This document shows, one piece after another, positions 1 to 13,966 of a DNA stretch of 64,000 nt. Location of the stretch: contig CP086569.2 of the NCBI GenBank assembly GCA_009914755.4, forward strand, positions 12,480,001-12,544,000. Reading direction: 5' to 3'. The notes beneath the pieces were generated by a model, which was given only the letters and a program-made list of their open reading frames with translations, searched no databases and was not told the origin of the DNA. Origin of the DNA: the human T2T-CHM13v2.0 reference genome, Homo sapiens. Positions within the stretch are counted from its first letter, which is position 1; every line of letters starts with the position of its first letter. The position numbers and the translations under genes are program-made.

Positions 1-3000
1 TCGAATGGAATGGAGTCAAATGCAAACGCATCGAATGGAATGGATTCAAATGGAATGCAATTGAATGGAATAGAAAGGAAGAGAATGGAATTGAGAGTAA
101 TGGAAAGATAAGGATTGGAATGAAGTGGAATGGAAAGGAATTGAATGGAAAGGAATGGACTCGGAAGAAATGGATTGGAATGGAATGGTCTCCAATGGAA
201 TGGACTGGAGTGGAACGGAATCGAATGGAATGAAAAGAATGGAACGGAATGGAACGGAAAGGAATAGAATGTTATGGAATCCGATTGGACAGAATGGAAT
301 GGAATGGAGTTTCATGAAATGGAGTCGAATAGAGTGGCATCAAAAGGAATGTAATGGAACGGAGTGGACTCCAAAGGAATGGACTCGAAAGGAATGGAGA
401 CGAACCAAATTGAATCCAATGGATTGGAGTCGAACAGAATGGAATGGAATGGAATGAACTCGACTGGAGTAGAGAGGAATGTAAAGGAATAGAATGGAAT
501 GTAATCAAATGGATTGCAACTGAATGGAATCAAAAATAATAGAAAGGAATGGAGTGTAAAGGGATGATATTGAATATAATGGAATGGAATGGAATTCAAT
601 GGAATGGAGTCGAAGGAATGGACAGGAATGTAATGGACTCCAATGGAATGGAATGGATGAAAATGGATTTGAACAGATTGGAATCGAACGGAATGGAATG
701 CAATGGAATGGAATGGACTCGAATGGAGAAGAGACAAAGGGAATGGAAACGAATTCAATGGAATTGAAAAGAATGGAATGGAATGGCGTGTAATGGTAAG
801 ATACTAAATGGAATGGAATTGAATGGAATGTAGTGGAATGGACCCAAATGTAATGCCTTCGAATGGAATATACTCAAATGGAATGGAATCGAAAGGAAAG
901 GTCTCAAATGGAATTTATTCAATACAATGGAATCGAATGGAATGCAATAGAATGGAATGGAATCGAATGTAATGGAATCAAATAGAATGGACCAGAATGG
1001 AATGGACTGCCATAGAACGGACTGCAGTGTAATGGATTGAATTCTAATTCATTCAAATGGAATGGAATGGAGTGGAATGGAATCGAATGGAATGGATAGG
1101 ATTGTACTGGATTGGAATAGAATGGAATGCAACGGAGTGGAATGGAGTTGAATGAAGTGGAATGGAATCGATTGGAATGGAATCAAATGGAATGGACGGG
1201 AATGGAATGGACTAGAAGAGCACAGACTCGAATATAATGGATTGCAATGTAATTGATTCAAATGGAATGGAATCGAATGGAATGTAATAAAATTGAAGGG
1301 ATTGGAGTTCAATGCAATGGAAAAGAATGGAATGCAAAGGAATGGAAAGGAACGGAGTGAAATGGAGTGTAATGGAATCGAATGGAATGAAATCGAATGG
1401 AATGGACTCAAAAGAAATGGACGAGGGACAAAACGGAATCGAACTGATTGGAATGGAACGGAACGGAAAGGAATGGAATGTTCTCCATTGGATGGGAGTA
1501 GAACGGATTGGAATGGAATGGAATGAAATGGAATGGAAAGGAATAGAATGGAATGGAATGGAATGGAAGGTAATGGAAAGATATCGAACGGATTGGAAAG
1601 GAATGCAATGGACCCTAATGGAATGGAATGGAATTCAACAGAAACGAATGGAATGGACTGGAGTGAAATGGAGTCGAATGTAATTGACTGGAGTGGAATG
1701 GACTCGAAAGGAATGGACTCGAATAGAATGGACTGGAATGGAATGTACTCGAATGGAGTGGAAAGGAATAAAATGGATTCCACCAGATTGGAATGGAACA
1801 GACTGAAATGGAATGGAATGGAATGCAATGGAACGGCTCGACTGGAATGGAGTCGAATGCAATGGAATAGAAAGGAAAGGAATTGAATGGAATTGAAAGT
1901 AATAGAATTAAATGGAGTGCAAAGAAAAGATATCGAATGGAATGGATCGAAAAGAAATAGAATGGAATGGACAGGAATGGAATGGAATAGAATGGAATAG
2001 ACTGGCGTGCAATGAAAACGAATGGAATGGAATGGAAAGGAATGGAGTACAATAAATACTATCGAATGGAATGGAATGGAATGGAATGGAATGGAATGGA
2101 ATGGAATGGAATGGAATGGAGGCGAAAGGAAAAGAATGGATTGGAATGTCACCGAATGGAAAGATATGGAATGGAAAGGAATGGATACGAATGGAATGGA
2201 ATATAAAGGAACGGAAAGGTTAAGAATGGAATGGAATTGGATAGAATGGAATGCAATGTAATGGAGTCGAATGGAAAATAATCGAGTAGAATGATATCGA
2301 ATGGAATGGAATTTAATGGAATGGAATGGAATGGAACAGACTCGAATGGAATGAACTCAAATGGATTAGAATAGAATGGAATGGAACTAAACGTAATGAA
2401 CTCGAATGGAATGGACACAAATAGAATGGAAGGGAAAGGAATGGTATTGAATGCAATTTATTCGAATAGAATGGAATTCAATGGAATGCAACATTGTGGC
2501 ATGGAATCAAATGGAATGGAATCGAATGGAATGGACCCGAGTGGAATGGACTCACATAGAACAGCCTTGAATGTAATGGATGACAATGTATTAGATTCGA
2601 AAGGACTGAAATCGAATGGAATGTAATCAAATAGAACGGAATTGAATGCATGCAATGGCATAGAAAGTAATGCAATGGAATGGAACAGACTGGAATGGAA
2701 TGGAATCGGATGGAATGTAATGAAATGTAATGGAAGGATTGCCATGGAATGGAATGGAATGGAATGCAATGGGCCGTTGTATAATGGAGTGCAATGGAAT
2801 TCAGTGGAATGTAGTCAATAGGAATGAAATAGAATGGAATTCAATATAAGGGAATGGCATCCAATGGCAAGGAATGGAGTGGACTCCAATGGAAACAACA
2901 TGAAAGGAATATAATATAATGGAATGGCATTGAACGAAATGGAAAGCAATGGAGTTAAAAGGTAAGATATCGAATGGAAAAGAATTGAATGGACTCGAAT

Positions 3001-6000
3001 GGAATATAACGGAATGGAATGGACTCGAATGGAATGTACTAGAGTTGAATGGAATGGAATGGAATGGAAAACAATGGAAAGGAAAGGAAGGGAATTGAAA
3101 GGAAAGGAATAGAATGGAATGGAATCGGATAGAACGGAATTGAATGGAATGGAAACTAAAGGAATAGAATAGAAAGGAATGGCATTGAATGGAATGGAAT
3201 GGAATGGAATCAGATGGAACAGAAAGGAATGGAATAGAATCGAATGGTATGGCATCGAATGGATTGGAATGGAAAGGAATGGAATGGACTCGAATGGAAT
3301 GTACTCAAATGGAATAGAATAGAATGGAACGGAAGTAAATATAATGGACTCGAATGGAATGGATTGGAATAAATTGGAATTGAATGTATTGGATTCGAAT
3401 GGAAAGGAATGGAATGGAATGGAATGGATTCGAATGGAATGGAATCGAATGGAATGGAACGAATTGGAATGTAATTGAATGGCGTCGAAAACAGTAGAAA
3501 GAAATGAAGTTTAATCGAATGATATCGAATGGAATTGAATGGAATGTACGCGAATGGAATGGACTGGAATGGAATGGACTCTATGGGAATGAAGAGGAGT
3601 GGAATGGACTCGAATGTCATGGAGACGATTGGAATGGAAAGGAATGCAAAGGAATGGAATGGAATGGAATCTGATGCATCGCAATGGAATGGAATGGGGT
3701 CGAATGGAATAGAATCGAAAGGAATGGCATCCAATGGAATGGAAACGAATTGAATGGAATGGCATGGAATGGAATGGAAAGGAATATAATGGAAAGGAAT
3801 CGGATGGAACGGAATGGAATGTAATGGAGTCGAATGGAATAGAATCTAATAGAATTGCATTGATAGGAATGGAATCGAACGGACTCGAAAGGATTGGAGC
3901 CTAACAGAAGAGAATCGAACAGAATAGCATCAAATGGAATGGAAATGAATGGAATGGAATGGAATGGAATGGAATGGAATGGAATGGAATGGAATGGAAT
4001 GGACACACATGTAATGGACTTGAATGGAATGGAATCAAATAGAATGGACGCGAATGGAATGGTCTCGAATGGAATTTATGAAAATAGAATGGAATCGAAA
4101 TTCATTGAACATTATGGAATGGAATCAAATGGAATGAAATCGAATGGAAGGAACCGGAATGGAATGTACTGGAATAGAACGGACTCGAATGTTACGGAAA
4201 GAAAAGTAAGTGATTCGGATGTCTTTTAATTGAATGGAATGAAATCAAATGGAATGGAAAGGAATAAAATGGAATGGAATGAAATAGAATGCAATAGAAT
4301 GGAAGGGAGTGGAGTCGAGTTGAATGGAATCGAATTGAATGGAATAGAATGGAATAGAATCAAATGGAATGGATTCGAATGCAATGGAACCGAATGGAAT
4401 GGACTGGAACATAATGGAATCGAAAGGAATGGAAAGGAATTGAATGCAATGGAAAGCAATGGAATCGAATGTAATGGAGTCGTATGTAGTGGAGTCGAAT
4501 GGAATGGAATCAAATGGAAGGAAAAGAATACAATCGAATGGAATAGAATAGAATGCAACAGAATGAAACGGAGTGGAATCGAGTGGGATGGAATAGAATT
4601 GAATGGAATGGAAAGGAATGGAATCGAATGGAATGGAATCGAATGGAATGGAACCGAATGGAATGGAATGGAACAAAATGGAATTGAACAGATTAGAATC
4701 GAATGGATCCGAATCGAATGGAATGGAATATAATGGAATGGAATGGAATGGAATGGAATGGAATGGAATCGACCCAAATGTAATGAACTCTAATGAAATG
4801 GACTTTAATAGAATGGATTAGAAAACAATGGGCTCGAATGGAATTTAATCAAGTCGAATTTAATGGAATGGAATGGAATGCAAAACTATGGAATAGCATC
4901 AAATGGAATGGAACAGAATAGAGTGGAATGGAATGGAATACACAGGAATAGAACAGACTCGAATGTAATGGATTGCAATGTAAGTGATTCAAAGGGAATG
5001 GAATCAAATGGAATAAAATCAAATGGAATGGAATGGAGTGCATTGGTATGGAATAAAATGGAATGCAAACAATGGTACAGAACTCATTTGAATGTAGAGG
5101 AATGGAATCGAATGCAATGGAAAAGAATGGAATGGACACGAATGGAATGGATTGGAAACAAATGGAATGGAAAGGATTTTAATCATACAGAACAAAATAG
5201 AATGCAATGGACTCGAATGAAATGGAGTCGAAGAGAATAGTATCAAATGGAAAGGAATGGAATGCAATCGAATCGAATGGAATGTTAATGAAATTAATTG
5301 AAAGGAATAGAATGGAATGAAGTGTAACGGAAAGATATCGAATTGAATGGAATTGAATGGAATGGACACAAACGGAATGGACTGGAATGGAATGAACTCG
5401 AAAGGAATGGAATGGAGCGGAACGGACTCGAGTGCAATGGAATCGAATGGTATAGAATAGAATGGAATGGAATGGAAAGGAATAGAAGGGAATGGAATCG
5501 GATCCAACGGGACAGATTGGAATGGGGTAGAATTGAATAGAATCGAATGGAATGGCATCGTATGTAATTGAATGGAATGGACTCGAATGGAATGGAGTGA
5601 CATGTAATGGAATCGAAAGGAATGGAATCGAATGAAATGGAATTGAATGGAATAGAAAGGAATAGAATGGAATGGAGTTTAATGGAAAGATATTAAAAGT
5701 AATGGAATGGAATTGAGTGGACACGACTGGAATGGACTGGAATGGAAAGGACTCGAATGAAATGGAACGCATTAGAATGGACTCGAATGGAATGGATTGG
5801 AGTGGAATGGTCTCGAATGGATTGGAAACGAATGGAATGGAAAGGAGTAGAATGGAATGTAATCAAATGGAACGAAATGGAATGGAATGGATTCGACTGG
5901 AACAGAATTGAATGGAGTGGAATTGATTGGAATGGAATGCAAACGAATGGAATGAACACGAATGAATAGAATGAAATGAAATGGCATAGAATGGAATGGA

Positions 6001-7625
6001 ATGGAATGGAATGGAATGGAATGGAATGGAATGGAATGGAATGGCATGGCATGGAATGTGATGGAATGGAATGAAATTGATTGTAATGGGATGGGCCCAA
6101 AAATAAAGGACTCAAATAAAAGGGACTCAAATAGAATGAATTGGAAAGAAACGGTCTCGAATGTAATTCATTCGAATGGAATGATATTGAATGGAATGCA
6201 ATAGTATGGAAAGGTATCGAAAAGAATGGAATAGAATGGAATGGAATGGAACGGAATGGAGTGCATTTGAACGGACTCAAATGCAATAAATTGCAATATA
6301 ATTGATTCAAATGGAATGGAATCGAATAGAATGTAAACAAACGGAATGGAAGGCAATGCAATGGAAAGGAATCGAATGAAATGGAATAAATGGAATGGAA
6401 TCGAAGGGAAAGGACACGAATATAATGGACTGTTAAGGAAAGGTCTCGAATCGAATTTATTCCAATAGAATGGAATCGAATGGAATGCAATACTATTGAA
6501 TCGAATCGAATGGAATGGAATTGAATGGAATAGACAGGAATGGAATGAACTGGAAGTGAATGGACAAGAACGTAATATATTGCAATGTAATGTATTCAAA
6601 TGGAATGGAATGCAATCGAATGGAATGGACTCGATTGGAATGGACTGGAGTGGAATTTACTCAAATGGAATGGAAACGAATGTAATGGAATGGAACTGAA
6701 AGCAAAGGAATCTACTGGAATAGAATCGAACGGAACAGAAAGGAATGAAATGGAATGGAGTGGAATGGACTCGAAAGGAATGTATTCGAATGTAATGGAC
6801 CTGAAAGGAATGGAATCCAATGGAATGGAATTGAATGGAATCAAGAAGAATAGAATGGAATAGAGTGTAATTAAATGATATCGAATGGAACGGAATGGAA
6901 TGAAATCGAATGGAATGCACTGGAATGGAATGGACTCGATCAGAACGGACTGGAGAGGCATGTACACAAATGAAATGGAAACGAATGGAATGGAATGAAA
7001 TGGAATGGAAATGGAATTGAAAGGAACGGAATGGAATGGAATGGAATGGAATGAAATGGAATGGAATGGATTGGAATAGAATGGAATGGATTGGAATAGA
7101 ATGGATTCAAATAAAATAGAATCGATTGGAATGGTATTGAATGGAAGGGACTTGAATGGAATGGAAAGCAATGGAAGATATTGGAATCGAATGGCATCCA
7201 ATGAAATGGAATGGAACAGAATGGAACGGACCCGAATGGAATGGAATGGACTCAAATGTAATGGACTCGAAAGTAATCGACTGAAATATAATAGACTCGA
7301 AAAGAATGGCCTCGAGCGGAATTTATTTGAATAGAATGGAATCAAATGGAATACAGTAGTATTTAATGGAACAGAATGGAATGGAATCGAATGGAATGTA
7401 ATCAAATGGAATGGAACGGAATTCAATATAGTGGAATAGAATGGAATGCATTGGAAAGGAGCAGAGTGGAATCAGTGGAATGGAATCGAGTGGAATGGAA
7501 TCAAAGGGAACGAAATCGAATTGAATGGACTTGAATGGAATTGACTCGAAAGGAATTGACTCGAAAGGAATGGACTGGAACAAAAAGGAATCAAATGGAC
7601 AGGAATGGAATGGAATGGAATGGAC
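1..7625 (+). repeat. Array A HOR copy 1, about 7.6 kb. The phase is arbitrary and is taken from the window start
   Basis: Sequence at 1 (tcgaatggaatggagtcaaatgcaaacgcatcg) recurs at 7626. ORFs on both strands between 1 and about 7000 are reproduced in copy 2 with identical peptides. Confidence 0.8.
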
Positions 7626-10160
7626 TCGAATGGAATGGAGTCAAATGCAAACGCATCGAATGGAATGGATTCAAATGGAATGCAATTGAATGGAATAGAA
7701 AGGAAGAGAATGGAATTGAGAGTAATGGAAAGATAAGGATTGGAATGAAGTGGAATGGAAAGGAATTGAATGGAAAGGAATGGACTCGGAAGAAATGGAT
7801 TGGAATGGAATGGTCTCCAATGGAATGGACTGGAGTGGAACGGAATCGAATGGAATGAAAAGAATGGAACGGAATGGAACGGAAAGGAATAGAATGTTAT
7901 GGAATCCGATTGGACAGAATGGAATGGAATGGAGTTTCATGAAATGGAGTCGAATAGAGTGGCATCAAAAGGAATGTAATGGAACGGAGTGGACTCCAAA
8001 GGAATGGACTCGAAAGGAATGGAGACGAACCAAATTGAATCCAATGGATTGGAGTCGAACAGAATGGAATGGAATGGAATGAACTCGACTGGAGTAGAGA
8101 GGAATGTAAAGGAATAGAATGGAATGTAATCAAATGGATTGCAACTGAATGGAATCAAAAATAATAGAAAGGAATGGAGTGTAAAGGGATGATATTGAAT
8201 ATAATGGAATGGAATGGAATTCAATGGAATGGAGTCGAAGGAATGGACAGGAATGTAATGGACTCCAATGGAATGGAATGGATGAAAATGGATTTGAACA
8301 GATTGGAATCGAACGGAATGGAATGCAATGGAATGGAATGGACTCGAATGGAGAAGAGACAAAGGGAATGGAAACGAATTCAATGGAATTGAAAAGAATG
8401 GAATGGAATGGCGTGTAATGGTAAGATACTAAATGGAATGGAATTGAATGGAATGTAGTGGAATGGACCCAAATGTAATGCCTTCGAATGGAATATACTC
8501 AAATGGAATGGAATCGAAAGGAAAGGTCTCAAATGGAATTTATTCAATACAATGGAATCGAATGGAATGCAATAGAATGGAATGGAATCGAATGTAATGG
8601 AATCAAATAGAATGGACCAGAATGGAATGGACTGCCATAGAACGGACTGCAGTGTAATGGATTGAATTCTAATTCATTCAAATGGAATGGAATGGAGTGG
8701 AATGGAATCGAATGGAATGGATAGGATTGTACTGGATTGGAATAGAATGGAATGCAACGGAGTGGAATGGAGTTGAATGAAGTGGAATGGAATCGATTGG
8801 AATGGAATCAAATGGAATGGACGGGAATGGAATGGACTAGAAGAGCACAGACTCGAATATAATGGATTGCAATGTAATTGATTCAAATGGAATGGAATCG
8901 AATGGAATGTAATAAAATTGAAGGGATTGGAGTTCAATGCAATGGAAAAGAATGGAATGCAAAGGAATGGAAAGGAACGGAGTGAAATGGAGTGTAATGG
9001 AATCGAATGGAATGAAATCGAATGGAATGGACTCAAAAGAAATGGACGAGGGACAAAACGGAATCGAACTGATTGGAATGGAACGGAACGGAAAGGAATG
9101 GAATGTTCTCCATTGGATGGGAGTAGAACGGATTGGAATGGAATGGAATGAAATGGAATGGAAAGGAATAGAATGGAATGGAATGGAATGGAAGGTAATG
9201 GAAAGATATCGAACGGATTGGAAAGGAATGCAATGGACCCTAATGGAATGGAATGGAATTCAACAGAAACGAATGGAATGGACTGGAGTGAAATGGAGTC
9301 GAATGTAATTGACTGGAGTGGAATGGACTCGAAAGGAATGGACTCGAATAGAATGGACTGGAATGGAATGTACTCGAATGGAGTGGAAAGGAATAAAATG
9401 GATTCCACCAGATTGGAATGGAACAGACTGAAATGGAATGGAATGGAATGCAATGGAACGGCTCGACTGGAATGGAGTCGAATGCAATGGAATAGAAAGG
9501 AAAGGAATTGAATGGAATTGAAAGTAATAGAATTAAATGGAGTGCAAAGAAAAGATATCGAATGGAATGGATCGAAAAGAAATAGAATGGAATGGACAGG
9601 AATGGAATGGAATAGAATGGAATAGACTGGCGTGCAATGAAAACGAATGGAATGGAATGGAAAGGAATGGAGTACAATAAATACTATCGAATGGAATGGA
9701 ATGGAATGGAATGGAATGGAATGGAATGGAATGGAGGCGAAAGGAAAAGAATGGATTGGAATGTCACCGAATGGAAAGATATGGAATGGAAAGGAATGGA
9801 TACGAATGGAATGGAATATAAAGGAACGGAAAGGTTAAGAATGGAATGGAATTGGATAGAATGGAATGCAATGTAATGGAGTCGAATGGAAAATAATCGA
9901 GTAGAATGATATCGAATGGAATGGAATTTAATGGAATGGAATGGAATGGAACGGACTCGAATGGAATGAACTCAAATGGATTAGAATAGAATGGAATGGA
10001 ACTAAACGTAATGAACTCGAATGGAATGGACACAAATAGAATGGAAGGGAAAGGAATGGTATTGAATGCAATTTATTCGAATAGAATGGAATTCAATGGA
10101 ATGCAACATTGTGGCATGGAATCAAATGGAATGGAATCGAATGGAATGGACCCGAGTGGA

Positions 10161-13100
10161 ATGGACTCACATAGAACAGCCTTGAATGTAATGGATGACA
10201 ATGTATTAGATTCGAAAGGACTGAAATCGAATGGAATGTAATCAAATAGAACGGAATTGAATGCATGCAATGGCATAGAAAGTAATGCAATGGAATGGAA
10301 CAGACTGGAATGGAATGGAATCGGATGGAATGTAATGAAATGTAATGGAAGGATTGCCATGGAATGGAATGGAATGGAATGCAATGGGCCGTTGTATAAT
10401 GGAGTGCAATGGAATTCAGTGGAATGTAGTCAATAGGAATGAAATAGAATGGAATTCAATATAAGGGAATGGCATCCAATGGCAAGGAATGGAGTGGACT
10501 CCAATGGAAACAACATGAAAGGAATATAATATAATGGAATGGCATTGAACGAAATGGAAAGCAATGGAGTTAAAAGGTAAGATATCGAATGGAAAAGAAT
10601 TGAATGGACTCGAATGGAATATAACGGAATGGAATGGACTCGAATGGAATGTACTAGAGTTGAATGGAATGGAATGGAATGGAAAACAATGGAAAGGAAA
10701 GGAAGGGAATTGAAAGGAAAGGAATAGAATGGAATGGAATCGGATAGAACGGAATTGAATGGAATGGAAACTAAAGGAATAGAATAGAAAGGAATGGCAT
10801 TGAATGGAATGGAATGGAATGGAATCAGATGGAACAGAAAGGAATGGAATAGAATCGAATGGTATGGCATCGAATGGATTGGAATGGAAAGGAATGGAAT
10901 GGACTCGAATGGAATGTACTCAAATGGAATAGAATAGAATGGAACGGAAGTAAATATAATGGACTCGAATGGAATGGATTGGAATAAATTGGAATTGAAT
11001 GTATTGGATTCGAATGGAAAGGAATGGAATGGAATGGAATGGATTCGAATGGAATGGAATCGAATGGAATGGAACGAATTGGAATGTAATTGAATGGCGT
11101 CGAAAACAGTAGAAAGAAATGAAGTTTAATCGAATGATATCGAATGGAATTGAATGGAATGTACGCGAATGGAATGGACTGGAATGGAATGGACTCTATG
11201 GGAATGAAGAGGAGTGGAATGGACTCGAATGTCATGGAGACGATTGGAATGGAAAGGAATGCAAAGGAATGGAATGGAATGGAATCTGATGCATCGCAAT
11301 GGAATGGAATGGGGTCGAATGGAATAGAATCGAAAGGAATGGCATCCAATGGAATGGAAACGAATTGAATGGAATGGCATGGAATGGAATGGAAAGGAAT
11401 ATAATGGAAAGGAATCGGATGGAACGGAATGGAATGTAATGGAGTCGAATGGAATAGAATCTAATAGAATTGCATTGATAGGAATGGAATCGAACGGACT
11501 CGAAAGGATTGGAGCCTAACAGAAGAGAATCGAACAGAATAGCATCAAATGGAATGGAAATGAATGGAATGGAATGGAATGGAATGGAATGGAATGGAAT
11601 GGAATGGACACACATGTAATGGACTTGAATGGAATGGAATCAAATAGAATGGACGCGAATGGAATGGTCTCGAATGGAATTTATGAAAATAGAATGGAAT
11701 CGAAATTCATTGAACATTATGGAATGGAATCAAATGGAATGAAATCGAATGGAAGGAACCGGAATGGAATGTACTGGAATAGAACGGACTCGAATGTTAC
11801 GGAAAGAAAAGTAAGTGATTCGGATGTCTTTTAATTGAATGGAATGAAATCAAATGGAATGGAAAGGAATAAAATGGAATGGAATGAAATAGAATGCAAT
11901 AGAATGGAAGGGAGTGGAGTCGAGTTGAATGGAATCGAATTGAATGGAATAGAATGGAATAGAATCAAATGGAATGGATTCGAATGCAATGGAACCGAAT
12001 GGAATGGACTGGAACATAATGGAATCGAAAGGAATGGAAAGGAATTGAATGCAATGGAAAGCAATGGAATCGAATGTAATGGAGTCGTATGTAGTGGAGT
12101 CGAATGGAATGGAATCAAATGGAAGGAAAAGAATACAATCGAATGGAATAGAATAGAATGCAACAGAATGAAACGGAGTGGAATCGAGTGGGATGGAATA
12201 GAATTGAATGGAATGGAAAGGAATGGAATCGAATGGAATGGAATCGAATGGAATGGAACCGAATGGAATGGAATGGAACAAAATGGAATTGAACAGATCA
12301 GAATCGAATGGATCCGAATCGAATGGAATGGAATATAATGGAATGGAATGGAATGGAATGGAATGGAATGGAATGGACCCAAATGTAATGAACTCTAATG
12401 AAATGGACTTTAATAGAATGGATTAGAAAACAATGGGCTCGAATGGAATTTAATCAAGTCGAATTTAATGGAATGGAATGGAATGCAAAACTATGGAATA
12501 GCATCAAATGGAATGGAACAGAATAGAGTGGAATGGAATGGAATACACAGGTATAGAACAGACTCGAATGTAATGGATTGCAATGTAAGTGATTCAAAGG
12601 GAATGGAATCAAATGGAATATAATCAAATGGAATGGAATGGAGTGCATTGGAATGGAATAAAATGGAATGCAAACAATGGTACAGAACTCATTTGAATGT
12701 AGAGGAATGGAATCGAATGCAATGGAAAAGAATGGAATGGACACGAATGGAATGGATTGGAAACAAATGGAATGGAAAGGATTTTAATCATACAGAACAA
12801 AATAGAATGCAATGGACTCGAATGAAATGGAGTCGAAGAGAATAGTATCAAATGGAAAGGAATGGAATGCAATCGAATCGAATGGAATGTTAATGAAATT
12901 AATTGAAAGGAATAGAATGGAATGAAGTGTAACGGAAAGATATCGAATTGAATGGAATGGACACAAACGGAATGGACTGGAATGGAATGAACTCGAAAGG
13001 AATGGAATGGAGCGGAACGGACTCGAGTGCAATGGAATCGAATGGTATAGAATAGAATGGAATGGAATGGAAAGGAATAGAAGGGAATGGAATCGGATCC

Positions 13101-13966
13101 AACGGGACAGATTGGAATGGGGTAGAATTGAATAGAATCGAATGGAATGGCATCGAATGTAATGGAATGGAATGGACTCGAATGGAATGGAGTGACATGT
13201 AATGGAATCGAAAGGAATGGAATCGAATGAAATGGAATTGAATGGAATAGAAAGGAATAGAATGGAATGGAGTTTAATGGAAAGATATTAAAAGTAATGG
13301 AATGGAATTGAGTGGACACGAATGGAATGGACTGGAATGGAAAGGACTCGAATGAAATGGAGCGCATTAGAATGGACTCGAATGGAATGGATTGGAGTGG
13401 AATGGTCTCGAATGGATTGGAAACGAATGGAATGGAAAGGAGTAGAATGGAATGTAATCAAATGGAACGAAATGGAATGGAATGGATTCGACTGGAACAG
13501 AATTGAATGGAGTGGAATTGATTGGAATGGAATGCAATCGAATGGAATGAACACGAATGGAATAGAATGAAATGAAATGGCATAGAATGGAATGGAATGG
13601 AATGGAATGGAAGGGAATGGAATGGCATGGCATGGAATGTGATGGAATGGAATGAAATTGATTGGAATGGGATGGGCCCAAAAGTAAAGGACTCAAATAA
13701 AAGGGACTCAAATAGAATGAATTGGAAAGAAACGGTCTCGAATGTAATTCATTCGAATGGAATGATATAGAATGGAATGCAATAGTATGGAATGGTATCG
13801 AATAGAATGGAATAGAATGGAATGGAATGGAACGGAATGGAGTGCATTTGAACGGACTCAAATGCAATAAATTGCAATATAATTGATTCAAATGGAATGG
13901 AATCGAATAGAATGTAAACAAACGGAATGGAAGGCAATGCAATGGAAAGGAATCGAATGAAATGGA
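10161..13966 (+). repeat. Intra-HOR duplicated segment, first copy (equivalent to copy-1 positions about 2536-6385)
   Basis: ORFs 10430..10870, 10825..11349 and 11835..12338 match 2815..3255, 3210..3734 and 4230..4733. The segment ends at the junction ...gaatcgaatgaaatgga|cccgagtggaatggactcacatag at 13966/13967. Confidence 0.75.

Noticed and set aside
6100-6135. Short non-pentamer stretches (e.g. 6100-6135 'gggcccaaaaataaaggactcaaataaaagggactcaaatag', 32440-32480, 36115-36150, 37560-37650) considered as possible embedded transposon or unique-sequence fragments
   Set aside because: Each is under 100 bp, is flanked seamlessly by satellite, and recurs in every HOR copy at the homologous position. 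They are diverged satellite monomers that form part of the HOR, not insertions.
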